From an uncultured Acidobacteriota bacterium (GTDB taxonomy: Bacteria > Acidobacteriota > Vicinamibacteria > Vicinamibacterales > 2-12-FULL-66-21): a DNA stretch of 64,000 bases. The position numbers and the translations under genes were made by a program. The stretch is taken from positions 303,501-367,500 of the forward strand of contig CAVYTI010000011.1 of NCBI GenBank assembly GCA_963771415.1, given 5' to 3'. The notes beneath the pieces were generated by a model. The model was given only the letters and a program-made list of their open reading frames with translations. It was not told where the DNA came from and ran no database searches. Below, piece after piece: positions 39,808-47,557 of the stretch. Position 1 is the first letter of the stretch, and the number at the start of each line of letters is the position of its first letter.

Positions 39808-41070
39808 TCAGGAGGGCCGACACGTCCGCGCGCGGTCGAGCAGGAGCTCTCGTTCGCGGACGTTGGCAGTCAGGCTGGCCGCCCGCTCGAACTCCACACG
39901 GGCCTCTTCGAGCCGACCCAGTTTGGCGAGCAGGTCGCCGCGAACGCTCGGCAAGAGGTGATAGTCGCGAAGCTGCGGCGAGTCGGTCAGTTGATCGACC
40001 AGATCGAGACCCGCCTGTGGACCAAACGCCATCGCGACGGCCACAGCTCGATTCAGTTCGACGACGGGAGATGGGTGGGTGGAGGCGAGGAGCTGATAGA
40101 GCGAGGCGATGCGGGTCCAGTTGGTCTCGTCGGCCGTACGGGCACGCGCGTGACAGGCGGCGATCGCCGCCTGAAGCGTGTAGGGACCCGCCGACACCGC
40201 GAGCGACTCGGCGCGGGCCAGGGCTGTCAGCCCGCGGGAGATCAGCAGGTGATCCCAGAGCGCACGATTCTGGTCCAGCAGCAGGATGGGCTCGCCGCCC
40301 GGACCGAGACGGGCGCGCGATCGTGAGGCCTGAATCTCCATCAACGCCACGAGCCCGTGCACTTCGGCTTCGTCCGGCACGAGCGTCGCGAGGATCCGAC
40401 CGAGCCGCAACGCGTCCTCACAGAGTGCCGGACGCATCCAGTCGTCGCCCGCGGTCGCGGTGTAGCCCTCGTTGAACACCAGGTAGACGACTTCGAGCAC
40501 CGACGAGAGCCGTGGCGCCAGCTCGGCGCCGCGCGGCACCTCGAAGGGCACGCGCTCCTTCGCCAGCGTGCGCTTGGCCCTCACGATGCGCTGCGCAATC
40601 GTCGGCTCCGAGACGAGGAACGCGCGAGCAATCTCGATGGTGGTCAGTCCGCCGAGGAGGCGAAGGGTGAGCGCGACGCGAGCCTCGGTGGACAGAACCG
40701 GATGGCAGGCCGTGAACACCAGCCGCAGCAGGTCGTCGCCCACATCGTCATCGAGTCCTGCGGTGAAGTCCGGCACGGTGGCCTGCTCGGCATCGAGCTC
40801 ACGCCCGAGCACTTCGTGCTTGCGCGCGAGCAACTTGGTGCGACGAAAATAGTCGATCGCCCGATGCTTGGCGGTCGCCATCAGCCAGGCGCCCGGGTTT
40901 CTCGGCACGCCGGACTCGGGCCATTGCTCCAACGCCGCCACCAGCGCATCGTGTGCAAGATCCTCGGCCACGCCGACGTCCCGGACAATGCGGGCCAGGC
41001 CGGCGATGAGCCGAGGCGCTTCGATCCGCCAGACCGCGTCGATCGCGCGGTGTGTATCGGTAGCCGCCAT
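39808..41070 (-). CDS. ECF sigma factor with ~240-aa C-terminal helical-repeat extension (the YCII-associated type)
   Basis: 420 aa. Sigma region 2 reads DLAHDALVAALEQWPESG...PGAWLMATAKHRAIDYFRR. Region 4 reads LLGGLTTIEIARAFLVSEPTIAQRIVRAKRTL. A long TPR-like tail follows, and a YCII gene sits immediately upstream. Confidence 0.85.
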   Translation of the reverse strand: MAATDTHRAIDAVWRIEAPRLIAGLARIVRDVGVAEDLAHDALVAALEQWPESGVPRNPGAWLMATAKHRAIDYFRRTKLLARKHEVLGRELDAEQATVPDFTAGLDDDVGDDLLRLVFTACHPVLSTEARVALTLRLLGGLTTIEIARAFLVSEPTIAQRIVRAKRTLAKERVPFEVPRGAELAPRLSSVLEVVYLVFNEGYTATAGDDWMRPALCEDALRLGRILATLVPDEAEVHGLVALMEIQASRSRARLGPGGEPILLLDQNRALWDHLLISRGLTALARAESLAVSAGPYTLQAAIAACHARARTADETNWTRIASLYQLLASTHPSPVVELNRAVAVAMAFGPQAGLDLVDQLTDSPQLRDYHLLPSVRGDLLAKLGRLEEARVEFERAASLTANVRERELLLDRARTCRPS

Positions 41071-41096
41071 CGACTACCGATCACATCACAGTCCCG

Positions 41097-41210
41097 CGTC
41101 CCTCGTCCTTAGTCCTGGGTCCCGAGTCCGCTGGCCACATCGGCGCAGACCAGGGACCAGCGACGGAGAACCCGGGACTAGAGACCAGGGACGAGGGAGA
41201 CCAGGGACTA
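41097..41210. repeat. Imperfect long inverted repeat built from GGGAC/CCAGGGAC-type short repeats in the YCII-sigma intergenic spacer
   Basis: Read directly. TCCCTCGTCC...TAGTCCTGGGTCCCGAG (left arm) faces GGGACTAGAGACCAGGGACGAGGGAGACCAGGGACTA (right arm). A 9-bp perfect core is CCCTCGTCC/GGACGAGGG. The element (G)ACCAGGGAC occurs three times. Confidence 0.5.
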
Positions 41211-41636
41211 ATGAGTCGCAGCCTTCTTCTGCAGCTCTTCCCGCCACGCCTGCTCGCGGGCCGCCTCTTCTGGCGAGAACACTTCGGGCGAGAAATCGGT
41301 CGGCTCGAAGATCTGACGGATCTCGCTTTCGCCGTCGCCGGCAACCCGGAGGAAGCGTTTGGTCCACTCGATGGCTTCCGCCTTCGACTTGACCTGAATG
41401 AGCGCGAATCCGGCGATCAATTCCTTGGTCTCGGTGAACGGGCCGTCGGTCACCGTCACCTTGCCGTCGGCCTGCCGAATCCGAGCGCCCTTGGCGCTGG
41501 GCTGACATCCCTCGGTGGCGAGGAGCACCCCGGCAGATACCATCTCTTCAATGAGTTTTCCCATCTCGGCCACGTGCTCCCGCGTCGGCGGTGTTCCCTC
41601 CGGACGGCTCGGTCGATAGACACACAGAAATCGCAT
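41208..41636 (-). CDS. YCII-related (DGPF) domain protein
   Basis: Only the last 142 codons of the 426-aa track ORF are credible: MRFLCVYRPS...VTDGPFTETKELIAGFALIQVKSKAEAIEWTKRF. Confidence 0.85.
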   Translation of the reverse strand: MRFLCVYRPSRPEGTPPTREHVAEMGKLIEEMVSAGVLLATEGCQPSAKGARIRQADGKVTVTDGPFTETKELIAGFALIQVKSKAEAIEWTKRFLRVAGDGESEIRQIFEPTDFSPEVFSPEEAAREQAWREELQKKAATH

Positions 41637-41776
41637 GATCCAGCTCCCTCTGAAAATCTGGGCCGAAGCCTCAGTTCGTTTTTCCCTTCCACTTGGACGT
41701 CGTTCGACCGACCGCCAAATCGACACGCCGCCCGGGAAAAATTCTTTTCGACCGGATCTTAACGGAAGGACGGGCC

Positions 41777-42472
41777 TTACAGGGACGCTGAACGCGCCGC
41801 TCGACGCGCGATTCGCTCGAGCACCTGCGTCCGGAGTCGAACGCATCGGGAGGCTCGGAACTGGAATGCGGTAGCGGCGCTCGGGCGCACGTGCGAGCCA
41901 AGCGCAGAGCGGAGCAGCCGACGGGCGCGAAGGAGGCGTGTCTTGACGACGTCGATCCCGACATCCAGGTGGTCTGCGGCCTGGCTCGTGCTCAGCCCTT
42001 CGACCTCGCGCAACACGAAGACCATCCGGTACGGCTGGGGCAGACCGTCGATCGCTGCCTCGACCAAGCCGATCAACTCGCTGCCAAGCGCCTGACGTTC
42101 GGGGTCGGGCGTGTTGGAGTGCACGCCCTCGGCGGCCTGCTCGATGTTCAGGGCACTCGTCCTGTCCGAGGTCTCGGAACGGACACGGGCGAGTGCCTCG
42201 TTGATCGCGATTCGCGTGAGCCACGTCGAGAAGCGGGCCCGGCCCGCATACTGGCCGAGATGGAAATAGGCGTTGATATACGCCTGTTGAATCACGTCTT
42301 CGGCCAGGCTGTCGTCGCGCAGAATGCTCCTCGCGGCACGATACAGGCGTTGGTTGTAGCGCTGCATCAGGATCGCGAAGCTCTGGTCGTCGCCGCCGAG
42401 GACGCGCTCGACTATTTGTTCGTCGGTCAGGTTCGCCGGCACATCCTTCCGGTCCGGTCCGCCTCCTTCCAT
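41777..42472 (-). CDS. ECF sigma factor with short conserved C-terminal tail
   Basis: About 231 aa. Region 2 reads LAEDVIQQAYINAYFHLGQYAGRARFSTWLTRIAINEAL. Region 4 reads GLSTSQAADHLDVGIDVVKTRLLRARRLLR. The tail is FQFRASRCVRLRTQVLERI; compare FGFAGERCDRIVDRVLSRV in the paralog at 50860. ATG 42472 follows GGGAGG. Confidence 0.85.
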   Translation of the reverse strand: MEGGGPDRKDVPANLTDEQIVERVLGGDDQSFAILMQRYNQRLYRAARSILRDDSLAEDVIQQAYINAYFHLGQYAGRARFSTWLTRIAINEALARVRSETSDRTSALNIEQAAEGVHSNTPDPERQALGSELIGLVEAAIDGLPQPYRMVFVLREVEGLSTSQAADHLDVGIDVVKTRLLRARRLLRSALGSHVRPSAATAFQFRASRCVRLRTQVLERIARRAARSASL

Positions 42473-42600
42473 CACACCTCCCGATCAATTGAGTCGTCCC
42501 GACCTCGAAACGTTCCCGCTGTCACTTTTCCTCGCTGATTCCCTCTCTATAAGAGACCCAGCACGGGAGTCCGGCACCCGGCTGCCATCTCGGAGGAGCG

Positions 42601-44037
42601 ATGCGAATATTCGCCGTGCTGACGCTCTGCAGCTGTGCTGCGATGCTCGGCTTGCCGTTTTCGACGTCTAGAAAATCCCCACCGGGGGCTGCAAGAGCTG
42701 AGGCTCTGATTGCCGCGCACCCGGTCGCGCTGGCCAACCCCTCTCAGAGCGAGATCCCCGCAACCATGGACCGTCGTGCTGGCGACAACGGCGCCGCCCG
42801 TCAGCCCCATGACGCTGACGATCCGACGGCGCAACACACGCTGCGTCTGATCGAGGAAGGTCGGCATACCTTTCGATTTGATACGTTTGGCGACGAGGCT
42901 TTCTGGGGAGGCGGCCTTCGTCTGCACGAGGCCATCGCCGGTCAGCGGCTCGGCGGCGTCGGCCCCGGTCTGAGCCCGCGCTCGGCGCTCGGGCTCGGCT
43001 TGAAGGTCGATGTGGAGCGGCTGCCACCAACCCTCGTGGTCGGGCTGAAGCGCGGCGCAGTCAACCTCGACGACCCGGCCATCACCGTCGCCCTTCTCGG
43101 CCTCAACGCCGTCGTCGGCGTCACCGGCTTCTTCGACAGAGGGAAGCTGACATCGGTCGGCATCCAGTGCGCGCTGTGTCATTCAACGGTCGACAATCAG
43201 CTCGCACCCGGAATCGGTAAGCGGCTGGACGGCTGGGCGAACCGCGACCTGAACGTCGGCGCGATCGTGGCGTTCGCTCCAACGGTGCAGCCATTCGCGG
43301 ATCTGCTGGGCGTCGATCAAGCGACCGTCCGTGCAGTGTTGAACAGTTGGGGACCAGGCAAATTCGATGCGGCGCTCGCGCTCGACGGCAAGGCGTTTCA
43401 GCCCGACGGCCGATCGGCCGCAACCCTGCTGCCTCCCGCCTTCGGCCTGGCCGGCGTGAACCTCCATACCTGGACGGGCTGGGGCAGCGTGACTCACTGG
43501 AACGCGTTCGTCGCGAACCTCGAAATGCACGGCCAGGGGAACTTCTTCGATCCGCGGCTCGACGATCCGATCCAGTTTCCGGTCGCGGCCAGAGCCGGCT
43601 TCTCGAACGTGCGACACTCCGTCGATCTGATCTCGTCGAAGCTGCCGGCATTGCAGTTCTACCAGCTCTCGCTGCCTGCGCCGAAGCCGCCGCCGATCAG
43701 CTTCGACCATGCCGCCGCCAGGCGGGGACAGGACGTTTTCAACGACCGCGGACAGTGCGCTACGTGTCATGTCCCGCCGCTGTTCACCGAACCAGGATGG
43801 AACAGCCACGCGCCGGCGGAAATTGGCATCGATAGTTTTCAGGCCGACCGCTCACCCGACCGCCGCTATCGCACGTCGCCGTTAAAGGGTTTGTGGACGC
43901 ACACGAAGGGCGGCTTCTATCACGACGGGCGTTTCGCCACGCTGCGTGACCTCATCGAACACTACGACACGTTCTTCGGGCTTCGGCTGACAACCCAGGA
44001 GAAACAGGACCTGATCGAATATCTGAAGTCGCTCTAG
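42601..44037 (+). CDS. Di-haem cytochrome c peroxidase-like (CCP/MauG superfamily) protein, secreted
   Basis: 478 aa. ATG follows GGAGGAG and a signal peptide is present. There are two CxxCH haem sites (CALCH, CATCH). The C-terminus GLWTHTKGGFYHDGRFATLRDLIEHY is typical of the family. Confidence 0.8.
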   Translation: MRIFAVLTLCSCAAMLGLPFSTSRKSPPGAARAEALIAAHPVALANPSQSEIPATMDRRAGDNGAARQPHDADDPTAQHTLRLIEEGRHTFRFDTFGDEAFWGGGLRLHEAIAGQRLGGVGPGLSPRSALGLGLKVDVERLPPTLVVGLKRGAVNLDDPAITVALLGLNAVVGVTGFFDRGKLTSVGIQCALCHSTVDNQLAPGIGKRLDGWANRDLNVGAIVAFAPTVQPFADLLGVDQATVRAVLNSWGPGKFDAALALDGKAFQPDGRSAATLLPPAFGLAGVNLHTWTGWGSVTHWNAFVANLEMHGQGNFFDPRLDDPIQFPVAARAGFSNVRHSVDLISSKLPALQFYQLSLPAPKPPPISFDHAAARRGQDVFNDRGQCATCHVPPLFTEPGWNSHAPAEIGIDSFQADRSPDRRYRTSPLKGLWTHTKGGFYHDGRFATLRDLIEHYDTFFGLRLTTQEKQDLIEYLKSL

Positions 44038-44219
44038 AGCTGCACAGCCCGTCCGTGCGCCCTCCTCATCGGTACGCCGAACCGATGGCGGCAATCGGCG
44101 AAATGTACGAGAAGATGGCAGCGCATCCCCGGCCTGGCTTTTCGTCGCGTGGAGGCTGTCAGTGCGAGCTGTGCGTAGGCCGGAGCGTTGCGCGAGCAAC
44201 GTTCCGGGCGTCTGACGAT

Positions 44220-44402
44220 GTCGTTCCGCGTGTTCCGCGTGTTCAGCGGCCCGACGTCGTTCCGCGTGTTCCGAGGAGTCCGCGGCCCGATGTCGTTCCG
44301 CGTGTTCCGCGTAGTCCGCGGCCCGGTGTCGTCCCGCGTGGTCCGCGTACTCCGCGGCCTGCAAGGTGTCGTCCCGCGTGGTCCGCGTACTCCGCGGCCT
44401 GC
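44220..44402 (+). repeat. Five tandem copies of a 36-40 bp unit (GTCGTYCCGCGTGKTCCGMGKAGTCCGCGGCC...) running into the start of the downstream gene
   Basis: Unit boundaries are 44220, 44256, 44292, 44328 and 44368, giving lengths of 36, 36, 36 and 40 nt for the first four units. Units 4 and 5 are identical over 35 nt. Unit junctions carry ATG/GTG codons (44218, 44290, 44326, 44366). Confidence 0.85.
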
Positions 44403-45457
44403 GGGCGGCGCCGTGCGCTGTCGTCTCACTGGGCATGGCGATGGCCCAGGCGTCAGCGCCGCCGTCTCATGACGCAAAGCAGGAGCTGTGGCGGTCCTGT
44501 GCGGGCTTCACCGACGCCGACATGTCGCGTGTCGCCGGCGGCACGGTCACTGCCAGATCGCTCGGCTCTCCCGAACATCGCGAGACGGCCGTGGCCGGCG
44601 CGGTTCGGATCTACGTGCCCGTCGACTTCTTCGTCACGCGCTTCCGCGACATCGTGGCGTTCAAGCGAAGCGACATGGTCCTGCAGATCGGCCGCTTCAG
44701 CAGTCCGCCGAATCTGGGCGATGTCGGCACGCTGACGTTCGATCCGACCGATCTCGACGCGCTGCGACGGTGCCGTGTCGGCAACTGCTCGCTGAAACTG
44801 CCCGCCGACGCCATCGAGCGGTTTCGGACGACGGTGAACTGGTCGGCGAGCGACTGGCGCGAGCAGGCGACACTGCTGGCCCGGAAGCTGCTGGTTGAAA
44901 GTGCGACCGCCTACCTCGAGCGCGGCGACGCCGCGATCGGGCCGATCAGCGACAGGCGGAAGCCGGTCGACGCCGGCGCCGAATTTCGCGGGCTGCTGAC
45001 CAACGTCGCGTGCGATCGTGCGTTCGCGCCCGGCTTCTTCCAGTATCTTGCCGACTATCCGAAGAACCGGCCGCCGGACGCCGAGAACTTTCTTTATTGG
45101 TCCAAGGAGACGTTTGGCATGAAGCCGGTCGTGAGCCTGACCCACGTGGTGATCCACCGACCACACGCCGGGGCGGTGCTGATCGCGACCAAGGGTCTCC
45201 TCAGCAATCACTACCTCGACGCGTCGCTCGGCCTAACGCTGCTCCTGCCGGCAGGGTCGCCGGAGTCTCCGGCGATCGACCTCGTCTACGTGAATCGTTC
45301 GCGGGCCGACGCGCTCGGCGGTCTCTTCGGGGGGCTCACCCGCGCCATCGTCGCCGGCCGCCAGCGTGACGGCACGATTACCGAGCTGAAAGCGCTCAAG
45401 ACCCGTCTCGAAGCGAACTGGCGGGCGGCCGCATCCGGCCGCCAGCCGGACAAGTAA
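44366..45457 (+). CDS. Hypothetical secreted protein
   Basis: 363-aa ORF. The N-terminus VVRVLRGLRAAPCAVVSLGMAMAQA looks like a signal peptide. Composition is protein-like and I recognise no family. The start lies inside tandem-repeat unit 5. Confidence 0.7.
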   Translation: MSSRVVRVLRGLRAAPCAVVSLGMAMAQASAPPSHDAKQELWRSCAGFTDADMSRVAGGTVTARSLGSPEHRETAVAGAVRIYVPVDFFVTRFRDIVAFKRSDMVLQIGRFSSPPNLGDVGTLTFDPTDLDALRRCRVGNCSLKLPADAIERFRTTVNWSASDWREQATLLARKLLVESATAYLERGDAAIGPISDRRKPVDAGAEFRGLLTNVACDRAFAPGFFQYLADYPKNRPPDAENFLYWSKETFGMKPVVSLTHVVIHRPHAGAVLIATKGLLSNHYLDASLGLTLLLPAGSPESPAIDLVYVNRSRADALGGLFGGLTRAIVAGRQRDGTITELKALKTRLEANWRAAASGRQPDK

Positions 45458-45524
45458 CCGTCCCGATCGCCCGGCGGCTTCCATTTCCCCGACGTCGGCG
45501 GTACGCTACCCTGAACAACCAACC

Positions 45525-46904
45525 TTGAAATCCTCTCCGGTGAGACCACCCGAGCCTCGGCGCGCACCTTCGCGGATGCTGGCCGTGGGTGTGTGCCTGG
45601 CGCTGGCGGTGATCGCGGCGGTCGGCACCTACACCTTCGTGCAGGTGCGCAAGCTGCGTGACGAGCAGACGGCGATCAGCGAGCGGAACCGGAAGGGCTC
45701 GCTCCAGCTGTTGCGCATTCAGAACGATCTGGGCTCGGTCGGGGTCTTGATGCGCGACATGGCGGAAGGGGTCGAACCATATCCGCTCCAGGGCTGGCGT
45801 CCGGCGTTCGACCGGCTGCGCCGCGATCTCTCCGAGGCGACCTCGGTCGAGCAGACGCTGGCGCCGGCGGCACGACAACCGGCGCAACAAGCGCGGCTGC
45901 TGCAGTCGATCGACGCGTTCTGGACGGACGTCGATCGGATGTTCACCCTCAGCCGAACCGACGAGCCCGCCGCCCGGCTGATGATCCGAGGCCCGCTCGT
46001 CGCGCAACATCGGGCGATCGACGGGATGATTTCGCAGTTCCTGGTCCTCAACAACCAGGTGCAGGAAGAGGCCGCCCACGCCAACCGCGACATCTACGAT
46101 CGCGTCGGCCGCGAGATCCTGCTGCTGGTCGGCGGACTGCTGCTCGTCACCGCCCTGGTCGGCGCCTGGTTCGTCTCCTCCAACCGCCGCGCCTTCGACG
46201 AAGTCGCCGACGTCAGCGCCCAGCTGCGCACGCTGTCATGGCGAACGCTGCGCGTACAGGAAGACGTGCAGCGCTCGATCTCGCGGGAACTGCACGACGA
46301 CTTCGGCCAGATCGTGACCGCCATCGGCACGCTGCTCGGACGGGCGCGGCGGCAGACGCCGCCGTCGAGCCCGCTCGCCGCCGAGCTCGACGGTGTCCGC
46401 ACCATCGCCCAACAGGCGCTCGATCGGATCCGGACGCGGTCGCAGTGGCTGCACCCGGGATTGCTGGACGACTTCGGGCTGGAGCGCGCCCTCCAGGTCT
46501 GCGTCGATCAGTTCCAGCGCCAGACCGGCATCCGCACGACGCTCTCGGTCGCCGGCGAGGTGCAGGCCATTCGGGACGGTCGCGCCATCCATGTCTATCG
46601 CATCGCCCAGGAGGCGCTCAGCAACATCGGGCGGCACTCCGGATCGACCGAAGCGTGGGTCAGGCTGACCACCGATCAGGAATGCCTGAACCTCGAGATC
46701 GAGGATCACGGGAAGGGCATGCCGGTTGACGAGGTCCTCGGCCGGACCGATCGCGGGCTCGGCCTGGTCAGCATGCGGGAGCGCGCGGAACTCATCGGCG
46801 GAGAGCTGTGGCTCCGCGAGCGGGAGCAGGGAGGCGTGCGCGTGCAAGTACGCGTTCCTGCGTGGACTGCGCCGGCGGCCCCGGCGCGCAACGAGGTCGC
46901 ATGA
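45525..46904 (+). CDS. NarX/LiaS-type sensor histidine kinase (HisKA_3 + HATPase_c)
   Basis: H-box is ISRELHDDFGQ, followed by HPGLLDDFGLERAL. N-box is AQEALSNIGRHS. IEDHGKGM and GLGLVSMRERAELIGG are present. The track start is TTG 45525, but ATG 45576 (MLAVGVCLALAVIAAVG) is more likely. Confidence 0.85.
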   Translation: MKSSPVRPPEPRRAPSRMLAVGVCLALAVIAAVGTYTFVQVRKLRDEQTAISERNRKGSLQLLRIQNDLGSVGVLMRDMAEGVEPYPLQGWRPAFDRLRRDLSEATSVEQTLAPAARQPAQQARLLQSIDAFWTDVDRMFTLSRTDEPAARLMIRGPLVAQHRAIDGMISQFLVLNNQVQEEAAHANRDIYDRVGREILLLVGGLLLVTALVGAWFVSSNRRAFDEVADVSAQLRTLSWRTLRVQEDVQRSISRELHDDFGQIVTAIGTLLGRARRQTPPSSPLAAELDGVRTIAQQALDRIRTRSQWLHPGLLDDFGLERALQVCVDQFQRQTGIRTTLSVAGEVQAIRDGRAIHVYRIAQEALSNIGRHSGSTEAWVRLTTDQECLNLEIEDHGKGMPVDEVLGRTDRGLGLVSMRERAELIGGELWLREREQGGVRVQVRVPAWTAPAAPARNEVA

Positions 46905-47557
46905 CATCGCGTCGTATCCGGGTGCTGCTCGCCGACGATCATTCGCTGGTCCGCCAGGGCTTCCGCCGAATCCTGGAAGACGAGTTCGACATCGAGGTGG
47001 TGGGCGAGGCGAGCGGGGGAGCGGAGGCGATCAAGCTCGATCAGCAGCTCAACCCCGATATCGTGGTCATGGACATGGCCATGCCGGAGATCAACGGTCT
47101 GCACGCCGCCATCGAAATTCTGCGCAAGGAGCCGAAGCGGCGAATCCTCATGCTGAGCATGCACGCCGACGAGCAGTACGTGCGCAACGCGCTCGAGGCC
47201 GGCGTGCGCGGCTACATCCTGAAGAGCGCGCTCGAGACCGACCTGATTCGGGCGGTTCGGACCGTTGCCGACGGCGGTCAGTTTCTGAGCGCCGAGATCG
47301 CGGCCGTCAAGTCGCAGCGCGGCGAGGGCGATGCTCCATCCGACAACGATCCGTTCGCCCAGCTCAGTGCCCGCGAGATTCAGGTCCTTCGGCTGGTCGC
47401 GCTCGGGCAATCCAACAAGGAGATTGCCGGACTTCTCGGCGTCAGCGTGAATACCGTCGCCGTCCATCGCAGCAATCTCATGGCGACGCTCGACGTGCAC
47501 AAGGCCGCCGAACTCGTGCTCATCGCGGTCAAGAAGGGGCTGGTGGACCCGCAGTGA
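46901..47557 (+). CDS. NarL/LuxR-family response regulator
   Basis: ATG 46901 overlaps the kinase stop (ATGA). REC reads IRVLLADDHSLVR...DIVVMDMAMPEINGL. The LuxR HTH reads LSAREIQVLRLVALGQSNKEIAGLLGVSVNTVAVHRSNLM. Confidence 0.9.
   Translation: MTSRRIRVLLADDHSLVRQGFRRILEDEFDIEVVGEASGGAEAIKLDQQLNPDIVVMDMAMPEINGLHAAIEILRKEPKRRILMLSMHADEQYVRNALEAGVRGYILKSALETDLIRAVRTVADGGQFLSAEIAAVKSQRGEGDAPSDNDPFAQLSAREIQVLRLVALGQSNKEIAGLLGVSVNTVAVHRSNLMATLDVHKAAELVLIAVKKGLVDPQ

Noticed and set aside
41208-42488. 426-aa track ORF treated as one gene
   Set aside because: Only the C-terminal 142 codons (from ATG 41636) form the YCII domain. The upstream 284 codons are out of frame across the ECF sigma gene and read as R/P-rich nonsense.
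44220-44402. Possible CRISPR array
   Set aside because: The units are contiguous with no unique spacers, they diverge from each other, they overlap a gene start, and no cas genes are present. It is a tandem repeat, not CRISPR.
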